This document shows positions 30,212-39,970 of a DNA stretch of 64,000 nt, one piece after another. Positions within the stretch are counted from its first letter, which is position 1. The number at the start of each line of letters is the position of its first letter. The stretch lies in assembly GCA_963760795.1 (NCBI GenBank), contig CAVXEP010000004.1, forward strand, positions 128,001 to 192,000, written 5' to 3'. Position numbers and translations under genes: made by a program. Under the pieces are notes generated by a model that did no database searches, was not told the origin of the DNA, and saw only the letters and a list, made by a program, of their open reading frames with translations. The DNA is from an uncultured delta proteobacterium (GTDB lineage Bacteria > Desulfobacterota > Binatia > UBA9968).

Positions 30212-31231
30212 ATGTTGAGGACCCTTGACGCCGCTAAATCTTGGTGCGCCCTCTCGCTATTTGCGTCCTGCTTTTTGTCTTTCGCCGGCCATGCCGTCGG
30301 CGCCGAGAAAATCACCGCGATCTATTCTTCCTATTCGGTGTCTTATTCTCTCCCGTGGATCGCGCGCGAGGCCGGTTTGTTTCGCAAACATAATGTCGAC
30401 GCCGATCTGGTTTACATTCCATCATCGGGCATCGCCACTGCGGCTTTGCTCAGCGGCGAAGGCGATGTCGCGTTGGCTGGGGGCGTGGGGTTTGTCCGGG
30501 CCTTTGCTCAGGGCGCCACCGATTTGGTCTTCATCGGCAGCTTCAAAAATTTTCTCACCTTCGCCGTCATGGGCAAAGCCGAGCTGCAAAAACCGGAAGC
30601 GCTCAAAGGCAAGCGGGTCGGGGTCACGCGCTTGGGCAGCAATAGCCATTATTTTCTGCTGCAGCTCCTGCGCAAGGTCGGCTACGAGCCCGGTCGCGAC
30701 GTCACGATCCTGCAAATTGGTTCCGAGAACGAAGTGTTCGCCGCTCTGGCAAACGGCGCCATCGATGCCGGCGTCGTGCCGCCGCCGCTCGACGCGCGCG
30801 CCGTCGCTCAAGGCTTTCGCTATGTTTATGCCGCTTTCGGCCCTGAACAAGGGATTCCCTATCCCGCGGCAAATATTGTCACGCGCCGCTCGCTGTTGGA
30901 AAAACGCTCGGCGATCTTCACACCGTTCATGCGCGCCCTGGGCGAGGCATCGAAAATTTTGCACACCGATCGCGAATTTTCCTACAAAGTGTTCGAAAAA
31001 CTTTTCCGGGTGAGCGACCGCAAACTGGTTGAGCACGCTTACAATGCAGAGATCAAAGTCATGGAGCGGCGCTTCGATATCAGCACAAAAGCGATCCAGG
31101 CGGTGCTCGACGATGCGGCGAAGACCGATCCCAAAGCCGCCAAAGTCAACGTCGCGGATATGATCGATCGGCGCTATCTCGACGAAATGGACAAAAGCGG
31201 TTTCTTCAATCGAGTCTGGTCGGGAAAATAG
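30212..31231 (+). CDS. NitT/TauT (SsuA-like) substrate-binding protein
   Basis: Signal peptide; WIAREAGLFRKH, LKGKRVGVTRLGS, GAIDAG. Confidence 0.85.
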   Translation: MLRTLDAAKSWCALSLFASCFLSFAGHAVGAEKITAIYSSYSVSYSLPWIAREAGLFRKHNVDADLVYIPSSGIATAALLSGEGDVALAGGVGFVRAFAQGATDLVFIGSFKNFLTFAVMGKAELQKPEALKGKRVGVTRLGSNSHYFLLQLLRKVGYEPGRDVTILQIGSENEVFAALANGAIDAGVVPPPLDARAVAQGFRYVYAAFGPEQGIPYPAANIVTRRSLLEKRSAIFTPFMRALGEASKILHTDREFSYKVFEKLFRVSDRKLVEHAYNAEIKVMERRFDISTKAIQAVLDDAAKTDPKAAKVNVADMIDRRYLDEMDKSGFFNRVWSGK

Positions 31232-31464
31232 AACTGGAACTTGCCGAAGCCCGTTCAAAACGTTCAAGTCGTTCAATCGCTGCGCTCCGTTCAATCCATG
31301 GCCGATCATATCTTTCTTCGTATCTGCGCTATTTGGGACAAGCCTGCATGATTGTACAAGGAATCATCCGGCCGGCGCCGGAGCTACGCGCCCTACCGCT
31401 ATCAGCCGCCGCTCGTCTGGATCGACAGATTGAAAGCTATCATATATGATAATCTGTAAGCGCC

Positions 31465-31803
31465 ATGAAATTGACCATCCGAGAGTACCTGACGCCGCAA
31501 GGCAAAAGTCCCTTCCGGAATTGGTTAAAGAGTCTCGATCTTGCCGTGCAGGCGCGCATTCAAGCGCGGGTGCTGCGATTTGAGAACGGCAATTTGGGCG
31601 ATCACAAAACTGTTGGTGGCGGGGTCTGGGAAGCGCGTTTGGATTTCGGACCAGGATACCGGCTATATTTTGGCAAAGATGGCGCTGCGGTAATCTTGCT
31701 GTTGGTCGGTGGCGACAAAGCGTCGCAGTCCAAGGATATCGACGCGGCGAAACGTTACTGGAATGACTTTAGGAAAGAGGTGAAACATGGCTCGACGCAG
31801 TAA
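31465..31803 (+). CDS. RelE/HigB-type addiction module killer protein
   Basis: GKSPFRNWL, GNLGDHK.VGGGVWE.RLDFGPGYRLYF, LLLVGGDKASQSKDI. Confidence 0.9.
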   Translation: MKLTIREYLTPQGKSPFRNWLKSLDLAVQARIQARVLRFENGNLGDHKTVGGGVWEARLDFGPGYRLYFGKDGAAVILLLVGGDKASQSKDIDAAKRYWNDFRKEVKHGSTQ

Positions 31804-32107
31804 GGATTGGAACGTTGGCTTAGCGCAGGATCTGCGCGATCCGCGGTTTGCTCGTGAGTTTCTCTTGGCCGCTATCGAGGAGGGCGTGTCGATTCAGATC
31901 GCCTTGGGCAAGGTGATCCGAGCCATCGGGATAAAGAGTTCTCCGCGAAAATCGGCATGCCAGCCTCACATCCTTTCCAACATCCTGCGGGCGATTCATC
32001 CGCGCCACAATCCGACCCAGGACACGCTCAACCGAATGCTAAAGCCATTCAAGCTTAAGCTCAGTCTCGCACCCATCGAAGAACCCAAGCGTAGCCGCGC
32101 CGCATAG
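31787..32107 (+). CDS. Addiction module antidote (HTH) protein, possibly with local indels
   Basis: LAQDLRDPRFAREFL..A, ALGKVIRA.G, NPTQDTL; overlaps the toxin. Confidence 0.75.
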   Translation: MARRSKDWNVGLAQDLRDPRFAREFLLAAIEEGVSIQIALGKVIRAIGIKSSPRKSACQPHILSNILRAIHPRHNPTQDTLNRMLKPFKLKLSLAPIEEPKRSRAA

Positions 32108-32143
32108 GCGATCTGGACGACAGGGGGGCATGGTGTAAAGAAA

Positions 32144-32280
32144 TCACGCCTTCCTGAACAGCGGTATCACTTCCGCGCCGGCTTTGAGTCCGTCCAGATA
32201 ATCGGCCAAGGCTTGCATCATCTTGCGCCGCTCCGGTAAATGCTCGGCGTGCGCAAGCTGCCGCTCGATGGCGTTGGGGA
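32144..32280 (-). pseudogene. C-terminal remnant of a P4-like tyrosine integrase
   Basis: AIERQLAH-AEHLPERRKMMQALADYLDGL; the segment carrying the catalytic Tyr is missing. Confidence 0.75.
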
Positions 32281-32286
32281 GCGAGC

Positions 32287-32491
32287 TCCGAGGCTCAGGT
32301 CTTGAAACTTGCAAGCGTAGAACCTCTCTGTCTGCTTGCTGTTGAACCCAAAAGTTTTCTGAGCGCAAAACAGAGTGACCCGAGACACTGTATTTGCCGA
32401 TCTTTATGCACCTGATAGGATGCGGCGAGCCAATTTTGTCGATCATCTTTGTCGATCATGGCGGCTGCGGCCGCCATTGAAAGGATCCCTG
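32287..32491 (+). repeat. Dispersed non-coding element, copy 3 (5'-truncated, with an internal 13-bp duplication)
   Basis: Aligns with copy 2; tttgtcgatcat occurs twice; ends gaaaggatccctg directly before ATG 32492. Confidence 0.9.
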
Positions 32492-33525
32492 ATGGTTTTG
32501 GTACGCCAACTCGACCGGCATGTCGCCGCCCGAACACTTGTCACCGCCGTTTTCACATTGCTGGCCGTCGCTTTCCCATTATTTTCCTGCCAGGCCGCGG
32601 CGGCGCCCAACTAAAATCGTCATCAGCTACGCGATCCTCAGTGAGCGCGAGGGCGTGCTCATGGTCGCCCGCGATCAGGGCTTTTTCGCACAGGCAGGGA
32701 CTCGATGTCGAATTGGTTTACATGCCGAGCGCGCCAATTTCCCTGGCAGCCATGGCCCGCGGCGACTCTCAGGTCAACACCGGTTCAGCCTCGGGGGCCA
32801 TCCTCGGTGCCATGGCCGGCGGACTGGATCTGGTTTTCGTGGCCGGGCTGGTCAATAAACTAACCGGCGTCATTGTCACCGGGCCGAGTATCCACAGCCC
32901 GGCCGATCTCAAGGGCAAGACCATCGGCGTGACCAGCATCGGCGGCGGCAACTGGGTGTTTACCATGCTCGCGCTCGAACATTGGAAGCTCGATGTCAAA
33001 CGCGACAATATAACCATCCGCGTCATCGGCAACGACTCGGTGCGCGCCCAGGCGATCACCAACGGCATCATCGACGCGACCCAGCTTTCCGCCTACTCGT
33101 TGGTGACGCCGTTGAAGCGCCAGGGCGCTCGGGTGCTGGCCGACCTGCCGGATCTCGGGGTGCCCTACCAGGGGGTGACGGTTTTTACCCGGCGCAGCTA
33201 TCTCAATCAAAACCCCGATACGGTGGAAAAACTGTTGACCGCGATGGTCGAAGCCATCGCCTTTATCCAGGACCCGGCGAATAAAGCCGCGGTGTTGCGC
33301 AGCTTGTCCAAAGGGCTGCGCCTGGCCAAACCCGAAGACAGCGCCGAGGGATACGAAAGCGTCAAGCCGCTGTTCGAACGGAAGATTTATCCGACGGTCG
33401 AGGGCGTGCGCAATACGATTCGACTCCTCGGCATGAGCAACGAAAAGATTCGCAATCTGCGGCCCGAAGAGATCATCGACGATCGCATCGTCCGGCGCTT
33501 GGAGCAGAAGGGTTTGTTTCGCTAG
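32492..33525 (+). CDS. NitT/TauT-type substrate-binding protein; indels near 32610 and 32690
   Basis: Signal peptide; VARDQGFF, GLDVELV, DLKGKTIGVTSIGG, LADLPDLG. Confidence 0.78.
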
Positions 33526-33571
33526 GTCGTCGCAGTCGCGACCGTTCAAACCGTTCAAGCCGGTCAACCGA

Positions 33572-33642
33572 CTGAACAGCTGCGGCCCGTTTCAAACGTT
33601 CCACCGCTACGCTCAGTTCAAGTCGTTCCAATCGTTAGCAGA
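33572..33642 (+). repeat. 71-bp inverted repeat, left copy
   Basis: Reverse complement of 36872-36942 with 3 mismatches. Confidence 0.88.
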
Positions 33643-33708
33643 TTTAAGAAACGGAAACTTGGGTGGTGTTGTGATGCAGTGATAAATGCTCTGCAGTGTC
33701 CAATCGCC

Positions 33709-33770
33709 GCCTAACCGCTCGCGTTCAGCGGCGCGAGCTTGGGCGCGTCCGCTGCAACGGGTTGTTGGGC
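33709..33770 (-). other. Integron attC site
   Basis: Minus strand GCCCAAC...TTGCAGCGGAC...GCCGCTGAAC...GTTAGGC (RYYYAAC/GTTRRRY ends, paired L boxes), ~30 nt after the VOC stop. Confidence 0.8.
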
Positions 33771-33799
33771 GTCATCGAAGCCACACGCACTTGCCGGTG

Positions 33800-34156
33800 T
33801 TACCGCGCGATACTTTTGTCCACGGCCTCGGCAAATGCGATGTGATTCCCATCGGGGTCCACAATCATCAGTGTTTTGACCTTCGCCCCTGAGGTTCTTT
33901 GAGTGGCGTCGATGCCCAGCTTCTCAACATTTGCCACCACTTCTTCGATGTTGCTCACGGCGAGGGTGAAAGACCCACTGCCTGCTCGCTCCGGCAGCTG
34001 GTAGACCTGTAACCAGCCACCACGTGGAAACTTCCATTCCGCCACCTCGGTCATAGGTGTCGAATCTGGCGCTCTTCCGAGGAGTGGCTCGTACCACGTC
34101 ACGGCGGACCTCAACACCTTTACCGCAACGCCGGCTATCGCATTATCGATTGACAC
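33800..34156 (-). CDS. VOC/glyoxalase family protein (cassette-like)
   Basis: AGVAV..L..AV.WYE.LLG, DPDGNHIAF. Confidence 0.85.
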   Translation of the reverse strand: MSIDNAIAGVAVKVLRSAVTWYEPLLGRAPDSTPMTEVAEWKFPRGGWLQVYQLPERAGSGSFTLAVSNIEEVVANVEKLGIDATQRTSGAKVKTLMIVDPDGNHIAFAEAVDKSIAR

Positions 34157-34177
34157 AAGTTCTTTGTCCTACAAGGC

Positions 34178-34202
34178 AGTCGGCTGTAACGAAAGGTTAG
34201 GC
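34178..34202 (-). other. Truncated attC half-site
   Basis: Minus strand GCCTAAC ctttcgttaCAGCCGAC after the dioxygenase stop; no matching right half seen. Confidence 0.5.
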
Positions 34203-34256
34203 GGCGCATTTCGTGCTGTGACCTCGATAGCGAACGTTGTGAACACCTTTCGAATG

Positions 34257-34652
34257 CTAGACATCGGTCTTGCCGAATCGGGGAATGCCTTGATTCCGGC
34301 CGGGAGGATCGAGGACTGTTTCGTCCAACGCGAGTGGCTCTCCGATCCATTGCGCTAGAGTGGTGTGGTCAGCGACATCATCTTGCGTGAGCGGGTGGAC
34401 AAGAATGGTTAGCCCACTGGAGGAAAGCAACGGGATCACTACCGTCAATGCCGCGGCTAAGAAGTGCACTTCAAACTGCGGCTTGGGGTGTGGCCCAACA
34501 CTCTTGTCGCGCATTTCGCCAACGAAGAGCAAGCTGGTTAGAAGCCCGTTGGCTCGCATCGCGTCCAGCTGGTGATGAAGCCGCTCGGCAACAGCTCGTG
34601 TGCGTGGCTCGTAATACACATGGGCGTGGTATGGGGCACTGGGTTCGTTCAT
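34257..34652 (-). CDS. DOPA 4,5-dioxygenase family protein
   Basis: YHAHVYY, VGPHP..QFE, LTILVHP.T.DD..DH...A.WIG. Confidence 0.85.
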   Translation of the reverse strand: MNEPSAPYHAHVYYEPRTRAVAERLHHQLDAMRANGLLTSLLFVGEMRDKSVGPHPKPQFEVHFLAAALTVVIPLLSSSGLTILVHPLTQDDVADHTTLAQWIGEPLALDETVLDPPGRNQGIPRFGKTDV

Positions 34653-34965
34653 GGCGTAGTCATTCCGGCGAGTTCGTAGCAATGCAGCGCTTTCTCACTC
34701 CGGCAGTTGCGGCCAGGTTAGCCGCCTATCCCACTTGGCCCGCAGCCTATTTCGGCTGCTAGGCACAGTCAAGTTTTTTGATCGAGTAGAATTGAACTGT
34801 ACGACGCTACGGTCATATCTCGCAGGATTTGGTTGCGGAAGAATGCAGGTCAATTACAGCCGCTTCGTGGATGACTCCATCGGTGGCCAGTAAATGTTCT
34901 CTTGAAGTACGCGCCGACATCCTCTATTAGCAGATAATCGTAACAAAGCTTGGTTAAATTATCCG

Positions 34966-36627
34966 ATGGCCATAGACGACTACTGGTTCAAGAACTCCGT
35001 TATTTACTGCCTGAACGTCGCTACCTACATGGACTTCAATGGCGACGGCATCGGGGACTTCGAGGGACTGAGCCGGCGGCTCGATTACCTGCACGGTCTC
35101 GGCGTCACCTGCATCTGGCTGCAGCCGTTCTACTGCTCGCCCAACCGCGACAACGGCTACGACGTCAGCGACTTCTACGGCGTAAGCCCGCGTTTCGGCA
35201 CCTCCGGAGACTTTGTCGAGCTGATGAACCACGCCCAGGCGCTCGGCATGCGGGTCATCGTCGACCTCGTCGCCAACCATACGTCCGACAAACACTCCTG
35301 GTTCCAGTCGGCGCGCGCCGATCCCGAGTCGCCTTTCCGGGACTGGTATGTCTGGAGCGACAAGCGGCCGCGCAACCACGCTACCGGCACGGTGTTCCCG
35401 CCGGTGCAGAAGACGACCTGGACATGGGACAGCAAAGCGCGCAAGTACTACTTCCACCGTTTCTATGAGTTCCAGCCCGATCTAAACACCCATAACGTCG
35501 TCTATCGCGACGAACTCTATAAGATCATGGGCTACTGGCTGCAGCTCGGCGTATCGGGCTTCCGCATGGATGCGGTTCCCTTTCTGGTGGAGCGCAAGGG
35601 CGCGGGCGTCAAGCCGGTAAAGGATTTCGAGCTGCTTCAAGAGATGCGGCGGTTCCTGCAATGGCGCTGCCGCGATGCCATCCTGCTCGCCGAGGCGAAC
35701 GTGCCTGCCGGCGAAAGCATGAAGTACTTCGGCGACGAGGGCGACCGCCTGCAGATGATGCTCAACTTCCCGGTAAATCAGCGGGTGTTCTACGCGCTGG
35801 CCACCGCGGACGTCAGGCCGCTGGCGCAGGCGATACGTGAGACGCTCGCCAACATTCCGAAAGACGCTCAATGGGTGCAGTTCCTGCGCAGCCACGACGA
35901 GCTGGATTTGGGGCGGCTCACCGAGGCGCAGCGCGAGCGTGTGTTCGCTGCATTCGCTCCCGAGCCTTCAATGCAGCTCTACAACCGGGGTATCCGCCGG
36001 CGCCTAGCGCCGATGCTAGGCAACGACCGCCGGCGCATGGAGCTTGCCTTCAGCCTGCTGTTCGCGCTGCCGGGCACGCCGATGCTGCAGTACGGCGACG
36101 AGATCGGCTTGGGCGAAGACCTGTCGCTGAAGGAGCGCGAGGCAACCCGCACACCCATGCAGTGGACCGACGAACCGCACGGCGGCTTCACCCGGGCGAA
36201 AAAGACCGTGCTGCCCGTCATTGACGATGGCATTTTCAGTTTCCGCAGGGTCAACGTGGACGCGCAGCGGCGGGACCCCAACTCGTTCATGAACTGGACG
36301 GCGCGCTTGATCCGCGTGCGCGGGGAATGCACCGAACTCTCGTGGGGCGAGTGCGAGGTCCTGGAGTGCGACACACCGCCGGTCTTGGTGCTGCACTACT
36401 GGTTCCGCAAGGCCTCCATGGTCACGCTCCACAACTTCAGCGCTACCGCGCAGACCCTGCGCCTCAGGCTCAAGGGGCCCGGTGGCCGGCGCCTCGTCGA
36501 TCTCATCGGCGAAGAGCACAGCCGCGCGGACAGCGGCGGCACGCATGAGATCGCGCTCGACGGCTACGGCTACCGCTGGTACCGCGTAGGCGCGGTCGAC
36601 GAAACTCTGATTCGCGAGACCTTCTGA
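34966..36627 (+). CDS. GH13 trehalose synthase (TreS)-like alpha-amylase family protein
   Basis: DFNGDGIGDF, DNGYDVSD, DLVANHTSD.H.WF, QPDLN, GFRMDAVPF, LLAEAN, FLRSHDEL, GIRRRLAP. Confidence 0.88.
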   Translation: MAIDDYWFKNSVIYCLNVATYMDFNGDGIGDFEGLSRRLDYLHGLGVTCIWLQPFYCSPNRDNGYDVSDFYGVSPRFGTSGDFVELMNHAQALGMRVIVDLVANHTSDKHSWFQSARADPESPFRDWYVWSDKRPRNHATGTVFPPVQKTTWTWDSKARKYYFHRFYEFQPDLNTHNVVYRDELYKIMGYWLQLGVSGFRMDAVPFLVERKGAGVKPVKDFELLQEMRRFLQWRCRDAILLAEANVPAGESMKYFGDEGDRLQMMLNFPVNQRVFYALATADVRPLAQAIRETLANIPKDAQWVQFLRSHDELDLGRLTEAQRERVFAAFAPEPSMQLYNRGIRRRLAPMLGNDRRRMELAFSLLFALPGTPMLQYGDEIGLGEDLSLKEREATRTPMQWTDEPHGGFTRAKKTVLPVIDDGIFSFRRVNVDAQRRDPNSFMNWTARLIRVRGECTELSWGECEVLECDTPPVLVLHYWFRKASMVTLHNFSATAQTLRLRLKGPGGRRLVDLIGEEHSRADSGGTHEIALDGYGYRWYRVGAVDETLIRETF

Positions 36628-36871
36628 CGACCGTATCGACGCCTCCGGTTCTGCGCGAACTTTGATGCTGGTTATGCAGATTGAATGGAACGACGAAACT
36701 GACAAACATCATCGACGCTTTCTTCCCAGGGGTTGGTGTCTTGTGGCGCGAAGGATGTGCTCAGTTCATAACGTTTAAAGGTGAGATAGTTGAAAAGAGC
36801 TTGGCGTCAAAGCGCGGCGCCGCAATGTGACAGAAGCAGATAGCCCGAAGTATAAGTTTCCGCTTCGCAAT

Positions 36872-36942
36872 TCTGCTGACGATTGGAACGACTTGAACTG
36901 AGCGTAGCGGTGGAACGTTTGAAACCGGCCGCAGTTGTTCAG
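36872..36942 (-). repeat. 71-bp inverted repeat, right copy
   Basis: Reverse complement of 33572-33642. Confidence 0.88.
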
Positions 36943-36997
36943 CTGCTAGGACATAGCTGGGTGCAACCGGTGAACTCCTTGTTTTGATCTCCTGAAT

Positions 36998-37811
36998 ATG
37001 GCGAATCGAGTCTTTCTCATCGCGCTTGGCGCGCGCCTTCGGCGGAGCGCTCATTTTCTCCTTGCCCATGCTCATGACGATGGAGATGTGGTGGCTTGGC
37101 TTCTCCATGCATCCTTGGAAACTCGCTCTCTTACTGTTGGCCACCATACCGCTCTTGATCGGTCTCTCTCATTACATGGGCTTTGAGGAAACGTTCGGGT
37201 TCATAGACGATGCCCTGGACTCCTTTGTGGCGCTGGCGGTGGGATTCATTGCCGCGGCCGTGAGCCTTGCGCTTTTTTCGGTGATAGACAGCGAAATGTC
37301 GGTGGCAGAGATCATCGGGAAAATATCGATTCAGGCGGTGCCGGGCAGCATCGGTGCGATGTTTGCGCAAAGCGAATTTGGCGGGGACGAGAAACAGCAG
37401 CGGGAAAAACAGCGCCACGCCGGGTATTTCGGGGAAATTTTTATCATGGCGGCCGGCGCGCTCTTCCTCGCTTTCAACCTCGCTCCGACGGATGAGATCA
37501 TGTTGATCGGCCATCAAATGAGCCCCTGGCACTCGATCGCCCTTGTCGTGGTCTCTCTTTTCGTCATGCATGCATTTGTCTATTCGGTCGAGTTTCTGGG
37601 AAGCGCGCCGATCCCGGAGGGAGCCTCCCGGCGCGGCATCTTCGTGCGCTATACGGTCGTGGGCTATGCTATTGTATTGCTGATGAGCGCCTACATTCTT
37701 TGGACCTTTGGGCGAACCGACGGCTTGCCGATCGGTCAAGTGATATCGCCTTTGGTTGTGCTCGGCTTTCCATCGGCCGTCGGCGCGGCAGCCGCAAGGC
37801 TAATTCTATAA
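36998..37811 (+). CDS. TIGR02587 (DUF2391) family membrane protein; probable indel just after the start
   Basis: ARAFGGALIFSLPMLMTMEMWWLG, AFNLAPTDEI, AVGAAAARLIL. Confidence 0.82.
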
Positions 37812-37821
37812 CTGCACCGCC

Positions 37822-38304
37822 ATGGCGACGCGCACTAAAAAACCAGATCAAAAACGGCGACCCAGCGACAACGAAAGCGCGGTGCCGGGCAGTTCACGGT
37901 CCGGTTTTTCCGGCAATACGCAACAGGCTCAAGCCATTCCTGCTTTGGAATGGATCATGGGGGGCATAGGCTTTTTCATCATCGCCTGCGTGCTCGGGTT
38001 CCTGCTGTATACGGGGATCAACGAAGACCATCCGGTGCCCGACGTGAAATTGTCGGTGGATTCAGTGCTGCGAATTCGCAACGGTTATCTAGTTCGTGTG
38101 ACTGCGACGAACGAGGGCGGCTTGACTGCAGGGGGAGTGATCGTGGAAGGCGAGCTGCGGCAGGGGGCGGAGCCGGTAGAGCGCAGCGAAACGGTGATCG
38201 AGTTTCTTCCGTCGCGCTCGAAGAAGCGCGCGGGTCTCTTCTTTACCAGGGATCCAAACCAATTCGAGCTCAAGCTGCGCCCGCTCGGATATGAGGAACA
38301 ATAG
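37822..38304 (+). CDS. TIGR02588 family protein
   Basis: LEWI TM helix, N.GG.TA..V.VEG, GLFFTRDP, GYEE; usual partner of TIGR02587. Confidence 0.8.
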   Translation: MATRTKKPDQKRRPSDNESAVPGSSRSGFSGNTQQAQAIPALEWIMGGIGFFIIACVLGFLLYTGINEDHPVPDVKLSVDSVLRIRNGYLVRVTATNEGGLTAGGVIVEGELRQGAEPVERSETVIEFLPSRSKKRAGLFFTRDPNQFELKLRPLGYEEQ

Positions 38305-38324
38305 TTTTCGCAACAGGCAATGAC

Positions 38325-38500
38325 TCGTTCAACCGCTTTGCTCCGTTCAAAACGTTATCGGACTAGGCGTCGTTCAAAGGTTCAAGCGTTCAAGGTCAGA
38401 TTTGGGAGAGATGAAGATAAGAACGGGCCAATTCATGGTGCAAGTGTTCAAAGTCGGGGCGAAGCGTGTTCGAACACGTTCCAGGGTTCCAATTCTTTCA
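38325..38500. repeat. Composite GTTCAA repeat (reverse orientation of the 16.2-17.6 kb copies)
   Basis: cgttcaaaggttcaagcgttcaaggtcagatttgggagagatgaag. Confidence 0.7.
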
Positions 38501-38789
38501 ATGCCAATTGCGCTGCGCGTAGCTAGGTTACTTTCACAGCGCTATTGACATGACTTCGTCAATGGTTTTTCTTAGGGTGCTTCGGCTCGAGCGACCAGGC
38601 GGTTTGCTGCACAAGCACTTCCAAAACTACGATTCGGTCGAAACTTTTCGCAACGCCAACGCGTCACGCAATGGCAATGGGCCAAAGCGCAGGGCGAACC
38701 GGCTAACTTGCATGACGCCGGGCTAATTTTGTGATTCTGTGAAATGAAAAAATCCAGCGACTAGATAGCCAGCATTGGAGAAAGTAAGA

Positions 38790-39836
38790 ATGAAAAAAAC
38801 CAGCATCCTAAGTATTTTCTTGGGGCTGATATTTCTATTGCCTGCCGTTGGTCCGGCGCAGACGCCTTTCTATGAGGGAAAGACGTTGACGGTAATACTC
38901 AGCACCGATCCCGCGGGAACGTCGTCGGTTCGCCTCAGACCGTTGATTCCCTATTTGCGCAAACACATTCCCGGCAATCCAACCATCGTGGTCGATTATA
39001 TGGAGGGCGGCGGAGGTCGTAAGGGGGCGAACCATGTTTTTCGAAGCGCTCGCCCTGACGGTTTGACCGTGGGCGCCTTGAGCAGTTCGGTGATCGCGCT
39101 GAGCCTGCTGGGCGAGAGCGGCATCATGTACGATATCAACAAGTTCATCTATCTCGGCGCCACTGAAGGCATCGCGCATCAAGTGTTTTATACGAGAAAA
39201 GAACTTGGTCTGGACAGTTTGGATAAGCTGCGGGCGGCGAGCGGCATCAGATTGGGCGCCCAGTCCGTCGGCCATGCCGGATACATCGCCGGACGGGTGT
39301 TTGCCTACTTGATGGGATTGAAAGAGCCGAAATTTGCCACCGGCTATACCGGTCCCGAACTCGACGTGGCGCTGCTTAGCGGCGAGATCGATGCCCGGTC
39401 GAATCTGGCGACTTCGATTTTGATGCGCAACTCGGACTGGCTCGACAAGGGGACGATGAATTTTCACGCCATCGTGGATATTCCCAAGGGGTCGAAGCAT
39501 CCTCGATTCGCCAAGCTTGCCGAGCTCGAGAGCTTCGCGAAATCCGAAACAGACCGCAGGCTGGTTACCATATTCCGCTCGTTTAGAAACGCCGGGGCGC
39601 CGTTCGTTGTGCCCCCCGGGACGCCCAAAGACCGGGTAGAGATACTGCGGGAGGCGGTGCGCCGGGCATTCAAAGATCCCGAATTTCTCGCCGACTACAA
39701 GAAAATTATCCGAGAGGATTTCGAACCGGTGATGCCGGAAGAAGTCGACAAGGCGATTCGGGAGATTCCGCGCGACCCCGAGGTCAACGAATTGGTCAAG
39801 AAACTCACCGGGCCGGGTCCGATGCCTTTGCGCTGA
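38790..39836 (+). CDS. Bug/TctC family tripartite tricarboxylate transporter substrate-binding protein
   Basis: FYEGKT, HIPGNPTIVV, GGGG, PDGLT, PPGTPKDRV..LR.A...DPEF. Confidence 0.85.
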   Translation: MKKTSILSIFLGLIFLLPAVGPAQTPFYEGKTLTVILSTDPAGTSSVRLRPLIPYLRKHIPGNPTIVVDYMEGGGGRKGANHVFRSARPDGLTVGALSSSVIALSLLGESGIMYDINKFIYLGATEGIAHQVFYTRKELGLDSLDKLRAASGIRLGAQSVGHAGYIAGRVFAYLMGLKEPKFATGYTGPELDVALLSGEIDARSNLATSILMRNSDWLDKGTMNFHAIVDIPKGSKHPRFAKLAELESFAKSETDRRLVTIFRSFRNAGAPFVVPPGTPKDRVEILREAVRRAFKDPEFLADYKKIIREDFEPVMPEEVDKAIREIPRDPEVNELVKKLTGPGPMPLR

Positions 39837-39970
39837 CGACGCGGCTCGATCGGGCGCGGATACCTTGTAAATGGAGGAGCAGATTCCGAGGGTCTTGAAG
39901 ATTGCATGTCGAACAAATCGGCACAGAGGGCAGAGCCGAGGTCGGACTTTTAAAACGTAACTATCTTTAC

